This document shows, piece by piece, positions 19,198 to 28,179 of a stretch of DNA of 64,000 nucleotides (position 1 is its first letter; each line of letters starts with the position of its first letter). The translations under genes and the position numbers were made by a program. Below the pieces are notes generated by a model, which saw nothing but the letters and a program-made list of their open reading frames with translations, was not told where the DNA came from and ran no database searches. The DNA comes from Betaproteobacteria bacterium (lineage in GTDB: Bacteria; Pseudomonadota; Gammaproteobacteria; Burkholderiales; CAIKXV01), in NCBI GenBank assembly GCA_947457885.1, contig CANGXU010000003.1:6147-70146 (forward strand). The letters run 5' to 3'.

Positions 19198-20373
19198 CTA
19201 CCGCGCGAGGAAGTTGCGGATCAGCGGCGACAGCATCGACACGATCTGGTCGGCCTGGTCGTCGGAGATGATCAGCGGCGGCAGCATGCGCACGATGTTG
19301 TCGTAGGTGACATTGATCAGCAGGCCGGCCTCGAGCGCCTGTGCCACCAGCTCGTTGCAGGGGCGGTCGAGTTCGATGCCGAGCATCAGCCCGGCGCCGC
19401 GGATCTCGGTGATGCCGGACAGCCCTGCCAGTTCCTGCCGGAAGCCGGCCACCATGCGATCGCCGAGCACGCGGGCGCGGTCGAGCAGACCTTCTTCCTC
19501 GATGATCTCGAGGGTGGTCAGCGCCGCGCGGCAGATCAGCGCGCCGCCACCGAAGGTCGTGCCGTGATGGCCGGGGCCGAACACGTTGGCCGCAACGCCG
19601 CGGGCGACGCAGGCACCGATCGGCATGCCGTTGGCCAGCCCCTTGGCAAGGGTCAGCACGTCGGGCATCAGGTCGGTGTGCTGGTAGGCGAACCACTTGC
19701 CCGTACGCCCCATCCCGCTCTGTACTTCATCGAGCATGAACAGCCACTGCTTGCGGTCGCACAGTTCGCGCAGGTGGGAGAGGTAGGTCTTCTCGGGAAT
19801 CTGGATGCCGCCCTCGCCCTGCACCGGCTCGACCAGCACCGCGACGATGTTCGCGTTGTTCTCGGCGACCCGGTTCACCGCCTCGAGGTCGTTGAACGGC
19901 ACGCGCGCGAAGCCGCCGAGCAGCGGCTCGAAGCCAGCCTGCGCCTTGCGATTGCCGGTGGCCGACAGCGTGGCGATCGTGCGTCCGTGCCAGGAGCGGT
20001 CCATCACGACGATGGTCGGCAGTTCGACGCCGCGCTGGTGCCCGTAGAGGCGGGCCAGCTTGATCGCCGTCTCGTTCGCTTCGGCACCGGAGCAGTTGAA
20101 GAAGGCGTTGTCCATGCCGGAGAGCTGCGCGAGCTTCTCGCCGAGCTTTTCCTGCTCGATCACCCGGTAGATGTTCGAGGTGTGGATGACCTTCGCCGCC
20201 TGGTCGGCGATGGCTGCGACCAGCTTCGGATGCGCATGGCCCAGGCCGTTTACTGCGATGCCGGCCAGCGCGTCGAGGTATCGCTTGCCCGATTCGTCCC
20301 ACAGCCATGCGCCTTCGCCGCGCACGAACGCGACCGGCAGTCGCTTGTAGGTGTTCATCAGGTGAGCGGACAT
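19198..20373 (-). CDS. argD: acetylornithine/succinylornithine aminotransferase (class III)
   Basis: ATG at 20373. LMNTYKRLPVAFVRGEGAWLWDESGKRYLD, LDEVQSGMGRTGKWFAYQH and the PLP-lysine context LTLAKGLANG. Confidence 0.9.
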   Translation of the reverse strand: MSAHLMNTYKRLPVAFVRGEGAWLWDESGKRYLDALAGIAVNGLGHAHPKLVAAIADQAAKVIHTSNIYRVIEQEKLGEKLAQLSGMDNAFFNCSGAEANETAIKLARLYGHQRGVELPTIVVMDRSWHGRTIATLSATGNRKAQAGFEPLLGGFARVPFNDLEAVNRVAENNANIVAVLVEPVQGEGGIQIPEKTYLSHLRELCDRKQWLFMLDEVQSGMGRTGKWFAYQHTDLMPDVLTLAKGLANGMPIGACVARGVAANVFGPGHHGTTFGGGALICRAALTTLEIIEEEGLLDRARVLGDRMVAGFRQELAGLSGITEIRGAGLMLGIELDRPCNELVAQALEAGLLINVTYDNIVRMLPPLIISDDQADQIVSMLSPLIRNFLAR

Positions 20374-20491
20374 CGGGCCCTCCGGGGGCTGTTGCAGGTA
20401 CGGCTGTAGGGAATGCCACACGACGGTCATGGCACCGCCGGCGACTCGGGAATGTACTGTGGACTCGAAACGCATTCGAGGGCCGGAGCCG

Positions 20492-20520
20492 CAAAAGACA
20501 ACGGCGGCTGCCGCCGCCGT
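20492..20520 (-). terminator. candidate intrinsic terminator in the rpsT-argD spacer
   Basis: Minus strand reads ACGGCGGC-GGCA-GCCGCCGT, a perfect 8-bp GC stem, followed directly by TGTCTTTTGC. Confidence 0.5.
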
Positions 20521-20703
20521 GTTCATCGATCGCGAAACCGAACTCGATTTTGATCCTGCCAGTCGGGGACTGCAAGCAGGGGCGGGCAATCGAACTGTCT
20601 TTGCCGGAGGTGTTTTGCGCGCCTGCTACACTCGCATGCGTGTATCAGGCGACCTCAACCCACCACTACTGCCGCTCCCACACCAGCGCTCGCTGCCTTC
20701 ACC

Positions 20704-20724
20704 GGCTTGCCGTCGTGGCAAGCC
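20704..20724 (-). terminator. GC hairpin 18 nt downstream of the rpsT stop (no U-tract)
   Basis: GGCTTGCC-ACGAC-GGCAAGCC is a perfect 8-bp stem, followed by GGTGAAGG rather than a T-run. Confidence 0.3.
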
Positions 20725-20741
20725 TCGAGGACGACCTCGAA

Positions 20742-21005
20742 TCAGGCAATTGCCTTGACGGCAGCCGACAGGCGGCTCTTGTGTCGGGCGGCCTTGTTCT
20801 TGTGCACGATGCCCTTGTCTGCGATGCGGTCGATCACGGACACGCTGGTCGTGAACGCAGCCTGCGCATCGGCCTTGTTGCCGGCGGCGATCGCGACGCG
20901 AACCTTCTTGATCGCGGTGCGCAGCGCCGAGCGCAGGGTGGTGTTGTGGGCGCGCTGGGCGTCGGCCTGGCGTGCACGTTTGCGGGCTTGAGCGGAATTG
21001 GCCAC
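20742..21005 (-). CDS. rpsT: 30S ribosomal protein S20
   Basis: GTG start at 21005 gives (M)[34 protein letters not shown]...[12 protein letters not shown]. Length 87 aa. Confidence 0.95.
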   Translation of the reverse strand: MANSAQARKRARQADAQRAHNTTLRSALRTAIKKVRVAIAAGNKADAQAAFTTSVSVIDRIADKGIVHKNKAARHKSRLSAAVKAIA

Positions 21006-21196
21006 GGCGGTTCTCGGTCGAAGGTACGGTTGGACGCCCGGACGAAATGTTGTTCGGGCAGCAGCGAAAAGCCTTGGATAGTACTTCGGACCGGCCGGGA
21101 ATTCAACCCGGCGGCGTTCGCTGGGGCTGGCGAGGCTCCGGCGGGGATCCGGCAGCGCCTCGACGCGGCGACCGCACCGGCTGTCGGCGGGCACCG

Positions 21197-22735
21197 ATGA
21201 ACCTGCTGCGTGCGTTCGGCGCCGTCAGCAGCATGACGCTGGTGTCGCGGATTCTCGGTTTCGCCCGCGACCTGCTGATCGCCCGGATGTTCGGCGCCGG
21301 CGCTTCGACCGATGCCTTCTTCGTCGCCTTCAAGCTGCCGAACCTGCTGCGCCGTATCTTCGCCGAAGGCGCCTTCTCCCAGGCGTTCGTGCCTATCCTG
21401 GCGGAATATCGAAACCAGCGCGGCGAGGCGGATACCCGGCACCTGGTCGACCATGTCGCCGGGACACTGGCGGTCGCGCTGATCGGGGTGACCGCGCTCG
21501 GCATTCTCGCCGCGCCGGCGATCGTCTGGCTGTCGGCGCCCGGATTCACCGCCGACCCGGACAAGTTCGCCCTGACCGTCGATCTGCTGCGCATCACCTT
21601 CCCGTACATCCTGTTCATCTCGCTGACCGCGCTCGGCGCCGGCATCCTGAACACCTACAGCCGGTTCTCCGTGCCCGCGTTCGCGCCGGCGCTGCTCAAC
21701 CTGTCGTTCATCGCCTTCGCGGTCTGGTTCGCGCCGTACTTCGACCCGCCAGTCGAGGCGCTGGCCTGGGCGGTGTTCGTCGGTGGCCTGCTCCAGCTCG
21801 GATTCCTGGTGCCGTTCCTGCGCAGGCTGCGCATGCTGCCGCGGCCGCGCTGGGGCGGCGCCGACGAGGGCGTGCGGCGCGTGCTCAGGCAGATGGGCCC
21901 GGCGCTGTTCGGCGTGTCCGTCGGCCAGGTGAGCCTGCTGATCAACACGGTGTTCGCATCCTTCCTGGCGAGCGGCAGCGTGTCGTGGCTCTACTACGCC
22001 GACCGGTTGATGGAATTCCCCACCGGGCTTCTCGGTGTTGCGCTCGGCACCATCCTGCTGCCGAGCCTGGCGCGCAGCCATGCCGACCGCACCACGGAGG
22101 AGTACGGCAGGCTGCTCGACTGGGGCCTGCGCATCACGCTCATGCTCGCTGCGCCGGCCGCCGTCGCGCTGGCCGTGCTGTCGGTGCCGCTGGTGGCGAC
22201 GCTGTTCCATCACGGCGCGTTCAGCGCCCACGATGTGGCGATGACCCGGGCGGCGCTGATGGCCTACAGCGTCGGACTGATCGGACTGATCGCGGTGAAG
22301 GTGCTCGCGCCCGGGTTCTATGCCCGGCAGGACATACGTACGCCGGTGAAGATCGCACTGGTCACCCTGGCCGCGACGCAGGTGATGAACCTGCTGTTCA
22401 TCCAGGTGTTCGCGCATGCCGGCCTCGCGCTGGCGATCGGGCTCGGGGCGTGCCTCAATGCATGGCTGCTGCTGCGCGGGTTGCGCCGCATCGATGCCTA
22501 CCGGCCGCAGCCGGGCTGGGCGTTGTTCGCGCTGAAGATCGCTGCCGCCCTCGCGCTGATGGCCGGCGCACTCTGGTGGATGGCCGGGCCCCCGTCGCAG
22601 TGGCTGGTCTGGCAGGGGCTCGAACGCGCGCTCCGGCTCTGTGTCGTGTGCGCCGTCGGTGGTGGTGTCTACTTCGCCGCACTGGCCGTGTTCGGCTTCC
22701 GGCTGAAGGATTTCTCGCGCCGGGTCACGGATTGA
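21197..22735 (+). CDS. murJ: lipid II flippase MurJ
   Basis: ATG at 21197. [63 protein letters not shown]. Polytopic, 512 aa. Confidence 0.95.
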   Translation: MNLLRAFGAVSSMTLVSRILGFARDLLIARMFGAGASTDAFFVAFKLPNLLRRIFAEGAFSQAFVPILAEYRNQRGEADTRHLVDHVAGTLAVALIGVTALGILAAPAIVWLSAPGFTADPDKFALTVDLLRITFPYILFISLTALGAGILNTYSRFSVPAFAPALLNLSFIAFAVWFAPYFDPPVEALAWAVFVGGLLQLGFLVPFLRRLRMLPRPRWGGADEGVRRVLRQMGPALFGVSVGQVSLLINTVFASFLASGSVSWLYYADRLMEFPTGLLGVALGTILLPSLARSHADRTTEEYGRLLDWGLRITLMLAAPAAVALAVLSVPLVATLFHHGAFSAHDVAMTRAALMAYSVGLIGLIAVKVLAPGFYARQDIRTPVKIALVTLAATQVMNLLFIQVFAHAGLALAIGLGACLNAWLLLRGLRRIDAYRPQPGWALFALKIAAALALMAGALWWMAGPPSQWLVWQGLERALRLCVVCAVGGGVYFAALAVFGFRLKDFSRRVTD

Positions 22736-22760
22736 CGCTGCAGGCCCCGGGGCCGCGCGC

Positions 22761-23558
22761 TCAAGCCCCGATGAAGCGCGCGCGATAGGCGCTCGGCAGG
22801 TCGGACAGCGCCAGCATCATCGGCAGGTCGGCGACGCCGAAGTCCGGATCCAGTGCAGGCGGTCCGAGGACCTTCCCGCCGCAGCGCAGGTAGCCCTTCA
22901 TCAGTGCCGGAGGCTCGGCTTCGCCGTGCAGGTCGATACGATCGAGGGGCAGGGGACGGCGCGGATGGACACGCCGCTCCAGTCCGCACAGGTGGGTCGC
23001 CCGCAGGGTCTGCCAGAGGTTTGCAGCGTGGGCACCACCGTCGTTCACCGATACGCTGGCGCAACCGATCATGTAGTCGAGCCGCGACCGCTGCATGAAC
23101 TCTGCCAGCGCCGTCCAGAGAAGCAGGATGACCGCTCCCCGGCGCCACTCGGGCGCGGTGCACGAGCGGCCCAGTTCCGCCATCCGAGGCCGCAGCGGAT
23201 CGAGCCGTCTGATGTCGAACTCGCTTTCAGTGTAGAGCGCACCGATGCGCCGCGCTCCCGCCGGGGTCAGTACGCGGTAGGTGCCGACGACTTCGGCTGG
23301 CGAGGCGTCCGAGCCGGCCGTGCGCACCAGCAGGTGTTCGCACGCATCGTCGAATCGATCCTCGTCCACGCCTGGCGGCGTACCTGCGGGCACCGTTATC
23401 CGCGCGCCCATCTCTTCGACGAACACCCGATAGCGCAGCCGCTGTGCGGCGCGCACGTCTTCCTGGTCGGATGCCCAGGCCACTTCCAGCGCGGGCGCAC
23501 GCGGCCTCGGGGGCGCTGCTGCCGCGAAACGTGCCTGTGGGGACGCCGTCGCGAGCAT
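22761..23558 (-). CDS. GNAT-type N-acyltransferase, OlsB / hemolysin-like (N-acyl amino acid synthase family)
   Basis: ATG at 23558, 2 nt after the GT4 stop. RLRYRVFVEEMGA...VVGTYRVL...LYTESEFD...ELGRSC...YMIGCAS...LMKGYLRCG follows the lyso-ornithine-lipid-synthase-like pattern. Confidence 0.7.
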   Translation of the reverse strand: MLATASPQARFAAAAPPRPRAPALEVAWASDQEDVRAAQRLRYRVFVEEMGARITVPAGTPPGVDEDRFDDACEHLLVRTAGSDASPAEVVGTYRVLTPAGARRIGALYTESEFDIRRLDPLRPRMAELGRSCTAPEWRRGAVILLLWTALAEFMQRSRLDYMIGCASVSVNDGGAHAANLWQTLRATHLCGLERRVHPRRPLPLDRIDLHGEAEPPALMKGYLRCGGKVLGPPALDPDFGVADLPMMLALSDLPSAYRARFIGA

Positions 23559-23559
23559 G

Positions 23560-24813
23560 TCAGGCCACTCGCCGCCGGGCCGGTATTGGTGCCGCCGGCC
23601 CAGCATCCGCCGCGCGCAGGACCCCACCCAGCACCGATTCGAAGCGCTCGACCACCGCGTCCCATCCGCAGGTACACGCGGTCGCGCGCGCGCGACGGCC
23701 GATCGCACGGGCCCGTGACCGGTCGCTGGCAAGTACGACGGCACCATCGATGAAGGCGGCGGTGTCGTCATAGGGAGCGAGCAGGCCGTTCTCGCCGGAG
23801 CGGATCAGCCTGGCTGCTGCGGCATAGTCGAATGCCACCACGGGCAGCCCGCTTGCCATCGCCTCGGTGGTGACGTTGCCGAAGGTCTCGGTCAGGCTCG
23901 GGAACAGGAACAGGTCTGCCGAAGCGTAGTGCGCGGCGAGGTCGTCACCGGTGCGCTGGCCGGCCATGATCGCGCCCGGGCAACGCTCAGCGATGCGTGT
24001 CCGCAGCTGTCCGTCGCCGACGACCACCAGCCGTGCCCGCGGGACACGCTGGCGGATGCCGGCGAATGCAGCGACCAGCGCATCCAGATTCTTCTCGGGT
24101 GCGAGGCGTCCGACGCTCAGCACGACCGGGTCCTCGGCGGCTGCGCCCCAGGTCGCGCGCAGCCGCTCGTCGCGACGTGCCGGATCGAAGCGCACCGTGT
24201 CGACGCCGCGCGCCACGACCGTGACATCGTGGAAGTCGCGCGCGGCAAGCTCTCCGCGCAGCGCTTCGGTGGGCACCATTGTCTGCTGCGTGCGGTTGTG
24301 GAAGCGGCGCAGGTAAGCCAGGATGGCCCAGTTCAGCCAGCCCGCACCGTAGTGCGCGCTGTAGGCGTGGAAGTTGGTGCGGAATTCGGAGGTCACCGGC
24401 AGGCCCAGCGACCGCGCGGCGGCCAGCGCCGACCAGCCCAGTGGTCCCTCGGTGGCGATGTGCACCACTTCGGGCGGCTGCCGCGTCCAGGCATCGATGA
24501 GACGGCGCTTGCAGAGCGTCCCCATCTGCAGGCCCGGATAGAACGGCAGCGGCAGGCCGGGCAACAGCATGTCGTCGGCGTCGGGCGAGGCGGCCACGCC
24601 TGACGCGTCGCGCGGACGCTGCGGCGGCGGCAGCAGCCGGACGAGGTGCACCCGATGGCCGCGGCCGCGCAGACCGGCCACCATCGACGCGACTGTCGTG
24701 GCCACGCCGTTCACGTCCGGCGGGTAGGTCTCGGTGACGTAGGCCAGCCGCAGGCGGAGATGCGTCCGTGCGGGCGTGTCGGTTGACGGCGACCATGGGT
24801 TGTCAGCGGGCAT
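23560..24813 (-). CDS. glycosyltransferase family 4 (GT-B, retaining)
   Basis: ATG at 24813. LRLAYVTETYPPDVNGVATTV N-terminal motif and the C-terminal ADLFLFPSLTETFGNVTTEAMASGLPVV (E-x7-E). Confidence 0.85.
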   Translation of the reverse strand: MPADNPWSPSTDTPARTHLRLRLAYVTETYPPDVNGVATTVASMVAGLRGRGHRVHLVRLLPPPQRPRDASGVAASPDADDMLLPGLPLPFYPGLQMGTLCKRRLIDAWTRQPPEVVHIATEGPLGWSALAAARSLGLPVTSEFRTNFHAYSAHYGAGWLNWAILAYLRRFHNRTQQTMVPTEALRGELAARDFHDVTVVARGVDTVRFDPARRDERLRATWGAAAEDPVVLSVGRLAPEKNLDALVAAFAGIRQRVPRARLVVVGDGQLRTRIAERCPGAIMAGQRTGDDLAAHYASADLFLFPSLTETFGNVTTEAMASGLPVVAFDYAAAARLIRSGENGLLAPYDDTAAFIDGAVVLASDRSRARAIGRRARATACTCGWDAVVERFESVLGGVLRAADAGPAAPIPARRRVA

Positions 24814-24866
24814 GGGCTGAGGATGGCGCCCGATTCCTGCAATGTGATGACCGATCCGTGTCCGAC

Positions 24867-24884
24867 GTGACACGAAAGCGTCAC
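24867..24884. promoter_or_regulatory. inverted repeat GTGAC-N8-GTCAC in the divergent GT4 / Mpo1-like promoter region
   Basis: Read directly from the sequence: cgacGTGACacgaaagcGTCACcgag. Confidence 0.25.
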
Positions 24885-24999
24885 CGAGCCTTCATGCAGG
24901 GGCCCCACGATCAAGCCCCGGGGCGGGCGCCACAGTCCGCCCGGGGTGGGCGCCGGTGCAGCAGGCAGCCCGCACATGACAACTCGCAGGAGGGCCGGC

Positions 25000-25590
25000 A
25001 TGAACGATGTACTCAGGGAACTCGCAACGCAGCGCTGGGACGACCACCGCTTCTACCACCACAGCCGGATCAACCAGTGCCTGCATCTGTTGAGCGCCAT
25101 GAGTTTCCTGGTCGCCTACGTGCTGTTGTTCATCGATCCGGCCGCAGCCGCGATTCTCGGCTGGTGCGTGTCGATGACTTCGCGTCAGGCCGGACACTTC
25201 TTCTTCGAGCCGCGCGGCTTCGACGAGGTCAACCGGGTCTCGGACGAATACAAGGAGGCGATCAAGGTCGGCTACAACATCCGCCGGAAGGTGGTGCTGA
25301 TGGCGGCGTGGCTGATGGTGCCGGTCGTTCTCTGGCCGTTGTCGGCCGATGACGCGGGGGCGGGCGAATTCCTGAACAGCCTCGGGCTGTGGTGGCTTGC
25401 CCTGGCGGTGGCCGGCCTGCTGCTGCGCGTCGTGCAGCTGTGGTTCAAGCAGAACCTGCTGACCGGCGTCACCTGGGCACTGAAGATCATCACCGATCCG
25501 TTCCACGACATCGCCCTGTACTACAAAGCCCCCTGGTACGTGCTGCGCGGCGAGTTCATCGATCCGATGCCGCACGTGCGGCATCGCTGA
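25000..25590 (+). CDS. membrane protein, Mpo1/DUF962-like
   Basis: ATG at 25000 follows GGAGGG. YHHSRINQCLH (H-x3-N-x3-H) and AGHFFFEP resemble the Mpo1-like His motifs. Several hydrophobic helices. Confidence 0.5.
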   Translation: MNDVLRELATQRWDDHRFYHHSRINQCLHLLSAMSFLVAYVLLFIDPAAAAILGWCVSMTSRQAGHFFFEPRGFDEVNRVSDEYKEAIKVGYNIRRKVVLMAAWLMVPVVLWPLSADDAGAGEFLNSLGLWWLALAVAGLLLRVVQLWFKQNLLTGVTWALKIITDPFHDIALYYKAPWYVLRGEFIDPMPHVRHR

Positions 25591-27286
25591 AAGGAAGCAG
25601 GCGCTGGCGCAGGGTCTCGACCAGCAGCTGGCGCCGGATCGACCGGTTGCTCACGGCAGGGCTGTCCCACCACCAGCCCTCTTCCTTCATCTGCACGCAG
25701 GCGCGCAGGAACCGGTCGCAGGCCTCGGTGAACTCGGCGTCGCCGTAGTTGAGGCTGAACACGAGGCGACCGGTACCCACCCAGCTCAGCGCCAGCCCAT
25801 GGAGGCGGAGATAGAACTGCAGCATCCAGTTGTAGCGCGATGGCAGCGTGTAGTCGACGGTCCAGATCGACGAAAGATGGGCCACCCGTACCGGTACCCC
25901 GGCCTCGGCGAGCCTGTGGTTGAGGCTCGCTGCCCTCTGGTCCCAGCGCTCGTCGATCCCCGCGTACATCGCCCGCACTTCGGACGTGTCGAGCCGGTCG
26001 AGGAAGGCCTTCATCGTCGCCATCACGTACGGGTGGGAGTTGAAGGTGCCGCGTGCGAAGCAGAGGTCGGCGGGCCGCTCCTCGCGGAAGCGCTTCATCA
26101 GCGCGCTGCGCCCGCAGACCACGCCCACGGGAAGGCCGCCGCCGAGCGTCTTGCCGTAGGTAACCATGTCTGCCTGCACGCCGAAGTATTCCTGCGCGCC
26201 ACCGGGCGCCAGGCGGAACCCGACGAACACCTCGTCGAGGATCAGCACGATGCCGTTGGCGCTGCAGGCCGCGCGCAGACGCTGCAGCCACTCGGTGTAC
26301 CGCGCGCGGTCGAAGCCTGCACGGCGGCCGCTGTCGAGCAGCGAGGAGTCGCCCGGCGCGCCCTTGTTGGGATGCAGCGCCTGCAGCGGATTGACCAGAA
26401 CGCACGCGATGTCCTTGCGGGTGCGCAGCACCTGCAGCGATCGTTCGTCCATGTCGCGAAGCGTGTAGGTCTCGCGGGGCGGCAGCGGGTTTCCCGGCCC
26501 GGGCTGCACGTCTTCCCACCAGCCGTGATACGCGCCGCAGAACCGTACGAGGTGCGTCCGCCGCGTGTGGTAGCGGGCCAGGCGCACCGCCTGCATCACC
26601 GCTTCGGTGCCCGACATGTGGAACGACACCTCGTCGAGGCCGGAGATAGCCTTCAGGCGCTGCGCGTTCTCGAGCACGCACGGGTGGTAGTCGCCCAGGA
26701 CCGGACCGATCGCGCGTGCGCTGGCGACGCCCTCGTCGATGCAGGCCTTGTAGAAGTCGTAGCCGAACAGGTTCACGCCGTACGACCCGGTAAGGTCCAT
26801 CAGCGTGTTGCCGTCTATATCGGTCACGGTCACCCCGGCGGACTCGCGCAGGAAGTGGCCGGCCTGGATATGCCGGCGCAGGTAGGCCTGGTACTGGAAG
26901 GGGACGCGGTAGCGTCCGGTGAACTGCAGGTCGGAGAGCGACTCGGCCGCCTGCAGCGTCATCGCCGAGCCCGAGGGGTAGCGTTGTGCGAACGCGGCGG
27001 CCAGCCGTTCGAAGCCACTGCGGCGGCGCATGACGATATCGGGCGGTGCGCCGTCGCTGGCGAAGAACGCATCCTCTGCGTAGGAATAGCCAGGGATCAT
27101 GCCTGCGACGCGCTTGGCCATTCGGGAATGACCGGCCAGGGAGCGATGCTTGGCGCGCGAGAGTTGCCAGCGCCGCCGCAGTTTCGGGAAAGACCATGCG
27201 ATTGCACAGGATGTTGCTGCCAGGGCTGCAAGGGTTGTCTGCATGGCGGGATCCATGGTTGGGTTACCAACGTGTATCAGCATCAA
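25556..27286 (-). CDS. class-III (GSA-aminomutase-like) PLP aminotransferase with N-terminal membrane anchor and ~130-aa extension
   Basis: HMSGTEAVMQAVRLAR, LILDEVFVGFRL and the PLP lysine in YGKTLGGGLP. N-terminal TTLAALAATSCAIAWSF hydrophobic segment. The start may be 27286, 27256 or 27244. Confidence 0.8.
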   Translation of the reverse strand: MMLIHVGNPTMDPAMQTTLAALAATSCAIAWSFPKLRRRWQLSRAKHRSLAGHSRMAKRVAGMIPGYSYAEDAFFASDGAPPDIVMRRRSGFERLAAAFAQRYPSGSAMTLQAAESLSDLQFTGRYRVPFQYQAYLRRHIQAGHFLRESAGVTVTDIDGNTLMDLTGSYGVNLFGYDFYKACIDEGVASARAIGPVLGDYHPCVLENAQRLKAISGLDEVSFHMSGTEAVMQAVRLARYHTRRTHLVRFCGAYHGWWEDVQPGPGNPLPPRETYTLRDMDERSLQVLRTRKDIACVLVNPLQALHPNKGAPGDSSLLDSGRRAGFDRARYTEWLQRLRAACSANGIVLILDEVFVGFRLAPGGAQEYFGVQADMVTYGKTLGGGLPVGVVCGRSALMKRFREERPADLCFARGTFNSHPYVMATMKAFLDRLDTSEVRAMYAGIDERWDQRAASLNHRLAEAGVPVRVAHLSSIWTVDYTLPSRYNWMLQFYLRLHGLALSWVGTGRLVFSLNYGDAEFTEACDRFLRACVQMKEEGWWWDSPAVSNRSIRRQLLVETLRQRLLPFSDAARAASDR

Positions 27287-27297
27287 TTGACAGTGCC

Positions 27298-28176
27298 GTG
27301 AAAATCTCCCTGATCCGACGATTCTTCGCGCAGGAGGACATCAACTTCCTGCTCTGCAACCGCGTCCCGCGCCGCCTGCTCACCCTTTGCATGGGCTGGT
27401 ACAGCCAGGTGACCCAGCCGTGGGTGGTTCGTATGTCGCTGCGCGCCTGGCAGTGCTTCGGCGACCTGGAACTGCAGGATGCCCGCCAGCGCGAGTTCCG
27501 GTCGTTGCACGACTGCTTCACGCGGGAACTCGTGCCGGGTGCGCGTCCAGTCGCCGCCGATGCATCGCTGATGACCAGCCCGTGCGATGCGATCGTCGGT
27601 GCCTGCGGTACCGTCGAGGACGGCCTTGTGGTCCAGGCCAAGGGGTTCCCGTACGGCATCGATGAACTGTTCGGTGACGCCCGGTCGAGCCTGCCCTACA
27701 ACGATGGCACCTATGTCACGCTGCGCCTGACCTCGGGCATGTACCACCGGTTCCACGCGCCCGATGCCTGCACGGTCGAGCATGTCACCTACCTCAGTGG
27801 CGATACCTGGAACGTGAATCCGGTCGCGCTGCAGCGCATCGAGCGGCTGTTCTGCCGCAACGAGCGGGCGGTGCTGCGGTTGCGGCTGGACACGGGTGGC
27901 TATCCGATTGCCCTGGTGCCGGTGGCCGCGATCCTGGTTGCCAGCATCCGCCTGCATTTCGCCGACGTGCTGCTGCACCTTCGCTACCGTGGGCCGAACG
28001 AGATCCCGTGCGATGCGCGCTTCGAGCGGGGACAGGAGATGGGGTACTTCCAGCACGGCTCGACGATCATCGTGTTCGCGCCACGCGGCTTCACGTTGTG
28101 CGCAGGAGTCGAGCCCGGTCAGCGGATCAGGATGGGTTCCCCGCTGATGGCACTGCCGGTGCAACCCCCTCGCTGA
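27298..28176 (+). CDS. psd: phosphatidylserine decarboxylase proenzyme
   Basis: Pyruvoyl self-cleavage site GYFQHGSTIIVF, plus SPCDA and YHRFHAP motifs. The GTG start at 27298 is inferred (the track ORF extends upstream). Confidence 0.8.
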   Translation: MKISLIRRFFAQEDINFLLCNRVPRRLLTLCMGWYSQVTQPWVVRMSLRAWQCFGDLELQDARQREFRSLHDCFTRELVPGARPVAADASLMTSPCDAIVGACGTVEDGLVVQAKGFPYGIDELFGDARSSLPYNDGTYVTLRLTSGMYHRFHAPDACTVEHVTYLSGDTWNVNPVALQRIERLFCRNERAVLRLRLDTGGYPIALVPVAAILVASIRLHFADVLLHLRYRGPNEIPCDARFERGQEMGYFQHGSTIIVFAPRGFTLCAGVEPGQRIRMGSPLMALPVQPPR

Positions 28177-28179
28177 TCG

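Noticed and set aside
20429-20758. 109-aa plus-strand ORF filling the rpsT-argD spacer.
   Set aside because: No ribosome-binding site, Arg/Pro/Ala-rich composition, and it overlaps the rpsT 3' end. A non-coding role for the spacer is more plausible.
22743-22754. GGCCCCGGGGCC palindrome between the convergent murJ and OlsB-like genes as a terminator.
   Set aside because: It has no loop and no T-run. Such short GC palindromes are frequent in this composition.
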